A DNA stretch of 63,850 nucleotides, the filler included, from Phoronis australis (Eukaryota > Animalia > Phoronida): assembly GCA_002633005.1 (NCBI GenBank). It is 5 parts of 5 records of this genome, joined end to end, with 100 filler letters (N's around TTAATTAATTAA, not from the genome) between each part and the next. Parts side by side here need not be neighbours in the genome. Positions count along the whole stretch, not along the records: positions 55,413 to 62,105 come from NMRA01002129.1; positions 62,206 to 63,850 come from NMRA01000306.1; 3 more parts are not named here. One strand, given 5' to 3'. Positions 56,781 to 63,850 of the stretch are shown here, piece after piece (positions within the stretch are counted from its first letter, which is position 1; each line of letters begins with the position of its first letter). Below the pieces are notes generated by a model, which saw nothing but the letters and a program-made list of their open reading frames with translations, ran no database searches and was not told where the DNA came from. Made by a program: the position numbers and the translations under genes.

Positions 56781-57065
56781 ATTCTGGCATTTATGATTGG
56801 AGGGCCTGCGCTCTTTTGTTCGATAATTGCTCTAATCTCCGATCAGATCGTATCTTGCCTGACTGGGCTCGGCTGATAAAAATGAAAGTTAAGTTCTAAC
56901 ATATTTGAGTTTAAAACAATAGCATTTCTGAATTCCTTGTCAAATGCTGATAATATTCCATTTTTGAATCATCAAAATCGCCCAACTACAACAGAAGTTA
57001 AGACAATCTATTCTGTCCAAATGGATTACCAACACACTGGGTTTGACTGTGTCCATAAGCGTTCA

Positions 57066-58746
57066 GTAATAGCGTGCAACCACCATACGTTTTCTTTGAA
57101 GCCTGGGAGATAATTGGCCTGCTTGTTATCATACGGGACAAAAGACTGAGCTGGGCAGTTAACAAAAGAGCCAGATGTTATCGCACGCTCAGCACCCCTC
57201 ATGTCTGGAAAAGTTACTGAACGACAGAATGCTGTAATGGAAACCATGAGTATCCACAACCTCTACTATGGCGTGGCTGTCTTTGCTGATTGTGTACGCC
57301 AGGCCAATAGCGATGCCCTCTCTGGAAAAATGAAACGCTTGAGCTCAAAGTCCTCTAGGCCCTTGAGTTTGGTTTCTTGAAACAGGCGAATGTTGAAGCC
57401 CGGAGATTGGTATTAAGAATACTGTGCGTATTTTTTTGCGATAAGAGAGGTGATTCAGCAAGTTGAAAAGCCAAAAAAGCGACCAAATCATATCAAAGAC
57501 TTATCAACGTAACAAATGTCGTTCCTGACAGGGTGTAATCATCTTGTTTGCTCTTCAGGGAATGGTAGATTCAAGCTACTTTTGGGAGAGTGCAAGCAAC
57601 TCGTGAATATGTAATTGCTAATTAGTAAATAGAGTTTGAAAAACTAAATGTTAGCTAAAAAGAATCTGTAAGTTTCGTGGACTATATTGTAAGCAAGTAT
57701 ACACCAGAAAGCAAATAATAAAGATGTGAAATTTATGTGTATACACGTTGACGTAATCTCTCCCTAAGTTTAGTAGAACAGAGCCATTCATAGCTGCTCC
57801 TGAAACTATTTCTGTCATAACGATAGCACACTCACATTATCTGCCATCTCTGATCATGCTCTGGTGTAACTTCCTGTTTTTAACCACCAGAGCCAGAGCA
57901 GATNGTAATAGCGTGCAACCACCATACGTTTTCTTTGAAGCCTGGGAGATAATTGGCCTGCTTGTTATCATAGGGGACAAAAGACTGAGCTGGGCAGTTA
58001 ACAAAAGAGCCAGATGTTATCGAACGCTCAGCACCCCTCATGTCTGGAAAAGTTACTGAACGACAGAATGCTGTAATGGAAACAGTGAGTATCCACAACC
58101 TCTACTATGGCGTGGCTGCATGTCTTTGCTGATTGTGTACGCCAGGCCAATAGCGAAGCCCTCTCTGGAAAAATGAAACGCTTGAGCTCAAAGTCTTCTA
58201 GGCCCTTGAGTTTGGTTTCTTGAAACAGGCTAATGTTGAAGCCAGGAGATTGGTATTAAGAATACTGTGCGTATTTTTTTTGCGATAAGAGAGGTGATTC
58301 GGCAAGTTGAAAAGCCAAAAAAGCGACCAAATCATATCAAAGACTTATCAACGTAACAAATGTCGTTCCTGGCAGGGTGTAATCATCTTGTTTGCTCTTC
58401 AGGGAATGGTAGATTCAAGCTACTTTTGGGAGAGCGCAAGGAACTCGTGAATATGTAATTGCTAATTAGTAAATAGAGTTTGAAAAAACTAAATGTTAGC
58501 TAAAAAGAATCTGTAAGTTTCGTGGACTATATTGTAAACAAGTATACACCAGAAAGCAAATAATAAAGATGTGAAATTTATGTGTATACACATTGACGTA
58601 ATCTCTCCCTAAGTTTCGTAGAACAGTCATTCATAGCTGCTCCTGAAACTATTTCTGTCATAACGATAACACACTCACATTATCTGCCATCTCTGATCAT
58701 GCTCTGGTGTAACTTCCTGTTTTTAACCACCAGAGCCAGAGCAGAT
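57066..58746 (+). other. ~840-bp near-identical direct duplication around a single N (57904); probable assembly artefact
   Basis: 57066-57903 and 57905-58746 differ only by scattered SNPs and small indels. Confidence 0.85.
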
Positions 58747-59518
58747 TCGTGTAATTAAGTCTTATGGGAAAGTCACTCAACGACATAGTAAGACTATGAA
58801 ATTTTTAAAAACCATAAAGATACTTCTATTGTCGAAGGTCGTGGGTTTGTGGATCGCATGAGCAGTGGGAGTCCTTAATTGAGGGGTCGTGGGTCGAGCG
58901 GGTTGTGGATGTTTTAGAACAATCCCCTGGATGCTTGAAATGACTAACTACAAAAAAGAGCCAAATTTTCCAGGGGATATATCATTCTAAGAACAGGCTT
59001 GTGTTATAGAAATATTTTTGTGTTGTAAAATTTAACTGAACTAAAGGTTTTTGCATAAAAAAGACAAAATAATGATAGGAAAGAGACGAAAAAAGAGGAA
59101 CTTGAAATCAAAAAAGAGGAAATCCTTTTAAAAGAGGAAAATTCCAAGCCCTGATGCTCCACAACTAGGGACAGTCATCACTATTGAAAGGTTTGTTGTG
59201 CATGATTTAGTTTGTCATTTTGTTGCCAGGAGTGAGTCTCAGAATCATGTTAACTCTTCGCAAAATTAGATCTAAGTTAGGTAGTGAAAACTGATTTACG
59301 CAGCAATCAGTAAGCAGAATCGGAATGAAATAAAACTAGTCTGGTTGCATAGGTTACATACAGTATATAAAATCCCAATGGTTCTGAAATCTCTTCTTCG
59401 TCAAGGGGTTACACAGTGACACTCTGATTGCAGCAGAAGACAGCATTACATTTAACAAGACACCACTTTTGAGTCACACAAAGCAGGAGTGTTTCATTCC
59501 TGAAGGACGTCTCCTTTG

Positions 59519-59865
59519 AATATGTCTATGAGACATGTCTCGTATTGAAGGTGTCAGATGGTGTCATTGACAGTATTTGAATGCAGGAAGAGGAAGGTGT
59601 CCATCATAAAATACAATACCCATTTGCAAGGTTATAATTGGACATGGGTTTCAAGACACCCTTTAGTATAACCTCCTATTGTGTGCTGAAAGNAATATGT
59701 CTATGAGACATGTCTCATATTGAAGGTGTCAGATGGTGTCATTGACAGTATTTGAATGCAGGAAGAGGGTGTCCATCATAAAATACAATACCCATTTGCA
59801 AGGTTATAATTGGACATCGGGTTTCAAGACACCCTTTAGTATAACCTCCTATTGTGTACTGAAAG
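59519..59865 (+). other. ~174-bp direct duplication around a single N (59693); probable assembly artefact
   Basis: 59519-59692 versus 59694-59865. Confidence 0.85.
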
Positions 59866-60106
59866 CAGCAAATCAAATACTGAAGTGTTAATTAACTTTC
59901 AATTCAGACTTTGAAATACTACTTCCAACAAAGGTATCATAAAAACAAACTTTGGCTCACCAATGAAATATTGCACTTCTTTGACTAATAGTAGCATTAC
60001 CGGTGCACACACAATCGCACTTCATATAATTTTATCAAATTTTTTAACCAACTGATTTTCAACGTACAATAAAAGTCTAACTATTATTAAATGAGTTCAA
60101 AATTCA

Positions 60107-60452
60107 CCTTTAATAAGTAGCTGCGACACTTCACCAGGTATCGTCACCAGCAATGGGTTGTGACGTAGATGTAACTCGACCAATTTGGTCATCGTAGACA
60201 ACTGGATTGCAATCTCCGCGATGGCATGATTAAGGACAGGAAGGGAGTAGGAAGATTCTTCAAAGCAGGTATCTGAGATGGAAACCCAGGCTCTACAAAG
60301 ATGGAGTTACACGTGTCTAATAAGATCCTTAATGTCGATTTCCTCAAAGTTGTATTTCCCTTTGTTTAGACATCAGCAAAAACACATTCAAAACCAAGTC
60401 ATTCACCTCTGCAGAATCAGTCGCGAAATTTTGTTTCACAACAGGACTTTAA
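60107..60452 (-). pseudogene. Decayed leucine-rich-repeat exon
   Basis: LRILLDTCNSI...GFPSQIPALKNLPTPFLS / AIAEIAIQLSTMTKLVELHLRHNPLLVTIPGEVSQL shows the LxxLxLxxN.L..IP pattern. It contains a frameshift and ends at an AG|GTGAAT donor. Confidence 0.6.
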
Positions 60453-62995
60453 CTGTATTACACAATGAGACCAATTACACTAAGTCAAATTGAATGGCAG
60501 GTTATCTCTCAATTCCACATGAGTGTTGGGAAACTATTAACATTATTATTTATTGATGATATTTATTAAAAGTCGGTAAACCAAAAATTAATACCTATGT
60601 TCTTAATCGGGGATCATGGTAAATAGTCCATTAAGACATAAAAGGTAGTGAACACGATACTGCTACAGTAAAAATTCCCAAATTTAGGAAAGTCTCCTCG
60701 TTTTCGGACACCTAAATCCAATCCCAAACTGAATTTTTTTGATTCTGAAATGTGGGACACGGTCGAATTTGGCATTCACCATACTTCTCAGATTTCGGAC
60801 CCAACGATTTTAGTGGCATTGGACGTAATTCTCACATTTCAGAAAGTGCACTTTTTCGAATGATCAGTGATTATTTATGCATCGTTTAAATTTGCCACTG
60901 GTATAATGTATTGACTGACGTCGCAATCTATAGTTATCGATGTGGATGATTTGTACATATCTCGCACATTTTCTTGGCAGTCGTAATCATGCCATGCTTG
61001 ATTTCAGTTTCACTATGCCAATGAAATGCATGTTCTCCAACTTTCGTGTTAATTGCCAGTGTCACGCTTTGTTTTTGGATTAACAGCTAATAATAAGTAC
61101 CAGTGATGAGACGGTTGTGTTACCAAGTCGAATCCCGGGTTCACGTCTTCAATATTTAACCTTCCTCACGGTGCCTTGACCTCCCCTATGCCATGCGCCC
61201 GAATTGGCAAAACGATGTTGTTCAGTGTCAAGTTAAAACAGACTTTGAGAAAAGCAAAAATCAATGTCCTAGTTTGTCGAGCATGAGCGCTTAAAATTAA
61301 ATCGGGAGAGGGTACTTATTGCACGGAGGACTGACTTTTATCCTCACGGAGCTACACTGATGTTGGACTTCTAAAATATTCATCAACGGATTGAAGTAAC
61401 AGACTTTGACAGCTTGAAGTGGAATGGTGCACACGATGCAGTGGCGCCGTCATCCCAACTGTTATTGGGTATTTACGAAGATTGGTCGCTGCTCTTCATG
61501 TCTTAAAACTAAGGTAGCCCTGCATTCGGTAGGGCAAATTTCCTGAGAAAAGAGCAAGATCATGCAAGGCTACACTAGTTCGCCATAAATTTCTAAGAGA
61601 AGCGGATGATTTTGTTGAGATTTGCTCCTCACTAGACACTTAGGCAACCAAACACGTGCTAATGATTGACAGGTCTTAATTCTTTGAACCTAGTTTGAAA
61701 GCCAACACTTTGGGACCTTATTTACATTATCTCACTTGCTGGAAAGCTGTTTCGGTGGGACTGTTTGAGTGACAGGTGACTCATAAGTATGTCGCACATG
61801 CTGCAGGCCCGTAGCCAGGGGGAAGGGTTTACAGGGTTCAATCGAACCCCCCGCCAAGGAAAAGGTCCAGCCCTAGCCCTATATCACAGGAAAAAATCAG
61901 ATGCATATGGGCAACAAAACTGTTGTAACTACTAGTTTTACTAACCACAATCTTAAGCAACTTAATATTAATTTTGAATTTGTTTCCTTGTAAAGCGCTT
62001 CACATAGTCATTAAGTCATATCCAGCCCAAGTGGTGACTGCGTAGATGACGATTAGAAGAGGCTTGATGTTATTCATCGGCATTGAAAGAACGAGTGGTC
62101 TCTACNNNNNNNNNNNNNNNNNNNNNNNNNNNNNNNNNNNNNNNNNNNNTTAATTAATTAANNNNNNNNNNNNNNNNNNNNNNNNNNNNNNNNNNNNNNN
62201 NNNNNAAAAAAGTGTATTAGTAAAATCTACTGATTTTTAAGTGGTTTTAAAAAACAATCGGTAAACTCACCGATTTTTGTCTCATTACTTTGATACGTGT
62301 CTCTTCCGATAAGTTAGTACCTAACGTGCAGACGAGCACTCCAAATTGGAACGCTAAGTCCCGCGTGGTTGCGCTGCACGCGAAACAAGATGGCGGACGA
62401 ACTTTGGAGCCTGACGAAAATAGGTAACCGGACTATATATCCCAGATTTTGCATGCACCCCGTCGGTCGTTAGATCTGCAATATAAGTTTCACGACCAGG
62501 TGACTAACAGAACTCGGCCTGTATTAAATTTCGTGGTACGGAGCTCAATTCATAGTGTTATCTAGTCAGTCAGCTAGCTGTATAAAGACTATTGTCAAAA
62601 TACAGGTAGGTACCACTGTGTGTATTTCTTCCGTAGACCCCGAAATTGCACACAGCCAGGGTAGTTCTGCTCGTCACCGTGCCGTGGAACTTGTATCAAC
62701 ATGTAAAGCTAAAGACCTGACGGGTTGCATGCAAAATCTGAGAATCAACCGACACTCACCTTGCTCGTTACAGCCGTTTAAGTGAAAAAAATTCTTGCGT
62801 AACTCTCCCGCTTTTTCTATAACAATGAAAAGTATGTCGTCGTTTCATAGACTATAGTACATGGATCGCCAACTCCGTATACTTTCAATGGACTAAATCT
62901 GTGACCTTACACACAAGCCCTTACGTCATTATTCACTGGTGACACCTGGCTTAATTTTCTGGTGCAATTTCCGGCAAATACGTCGTCTGCTAATC

Positions 62996-63190
62996 ATGGT
63001 CGGCTACTGTGTGGCCGGTTGTTCGGCCACACAAGCGAAATGCAAAGGAATTAGCTTCCATACCATCCGAAGACCCCATAATCGGCTGTGGGAAGAAAAC
63101 CTTACTTCTTGTGTCAACGTGAATGGCAGTTGTTTCAGCAATAAGACTTTATACATTTGTTCAAGGCACTTCGAAGATGAATGTTTTTAA
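62996..63190 (+). pseudogene. THAP domain, truncated by a stop
   Basis: MVGYCVAGCS...GISFH...LW...LYICSRHFEDECF*. Confidence 0.8.
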
Positions 63191-63850
63191 GAGACTCTAC
63201 TACTTAATCCTGTCTTCACAAATCCATTTTTGTTTTCTCCGTTTTGATGAAAACTATCTGGTAAACTTTTTGACGAAATTATCCGCTAAATTTCTTCCAA
63301 AGGTAGTGACTCGTAAGCTCTTGTCCTTACGAGGAAGTTCAGTCATAGTCTAGTGAGCGAATTAACCAAATTACTCTTCGCTTTGTTTGCCAGCTGGCCC
63401 TGATGAGGCGGTTGGTCTCAGCAGAATGCGCACACTTGGCCAGGATTTGGATCAGCGATTTCAACAAATTCACATTCGTGTACGAATAAATAGAACGCTG
63501 ATAAAACCTTTAATATCAATAAAGATTACATTTATTTAATACTTCATAAATAACCACCCGGACCAGTCAAAATCCATCTCGCAATTCAACAGCAGGTTAC
63601 ACACTCATTTCATGTCTAATATATGCCGGACAAAATCTCTCGACTGCAGTCTATGAAAATGCAACCAACTTCTTTGAAAACATGGAACAGGAACACCAGA
63701 GGGGTGTAAAGGTTATTTTTATTCTTCAATGTTAAATTTTTTGTAAGCGGACATATGTTTTTTTAAATTTCCGTCTTAAGTCCTAACATTTCTAAACTTA
63801 AGCCTTTCAAACGAACGTTTATGACGAAAACAAAATTCTTCAACCAGTTT

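Noticed and set aside
57066-59865. Two tandem duplications as real segmental duplications
   Set aside because: Each pair abuts a single N exactly, which is typical of unmerged overlapping contig ends or haplotypes.
19116-62205. Repeated TTAATTAATTAA motif as a biological signal
   Set aside because: It is always centred in 44+44 Ns and is a synthetic stop linker.

Overview
Eukaryotic (marine invertebrate-like, AT-rich, intron-containing) genomic sequence, stitched from at least five contigs by artificial 100-nt spacers (N44-TTAATTAATTAA-N44). The only apparently intact host gene is a multi-exon caspase on the + strand (about 19.8/25.9 kb to 36.6 kb), reconstructed by hand with consistent splice phases. 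It has an intact SHG/QSCRV catalytic dyad, no recognisable CARD or DED, a ~260-aa beta-rich exon that resembles a ZU5-UPA (FIIND/PIDD-like) module, a duplicated disordered N-terminal exon pair and a His/Cys-rich C-terminal tail. Two exons of a TENT4/PAPD5-like poly(A) polymerase end at a gap. The rest is mostly transposon debris: four decayed LINE ORF2 segments and a gag-like ORF1, a Harbinger-type DDE remnant, five THAP-domain remnants (one split by a 9-bp-TSD TAGGCAA...TTGCCTA element), several TIR/foldback elements, a 46-bp intronic minisatellite with a 92-bp higher-order repeat, and a decayed LRR exon. Domain assignments come from motif recognition by eye, not database searches.
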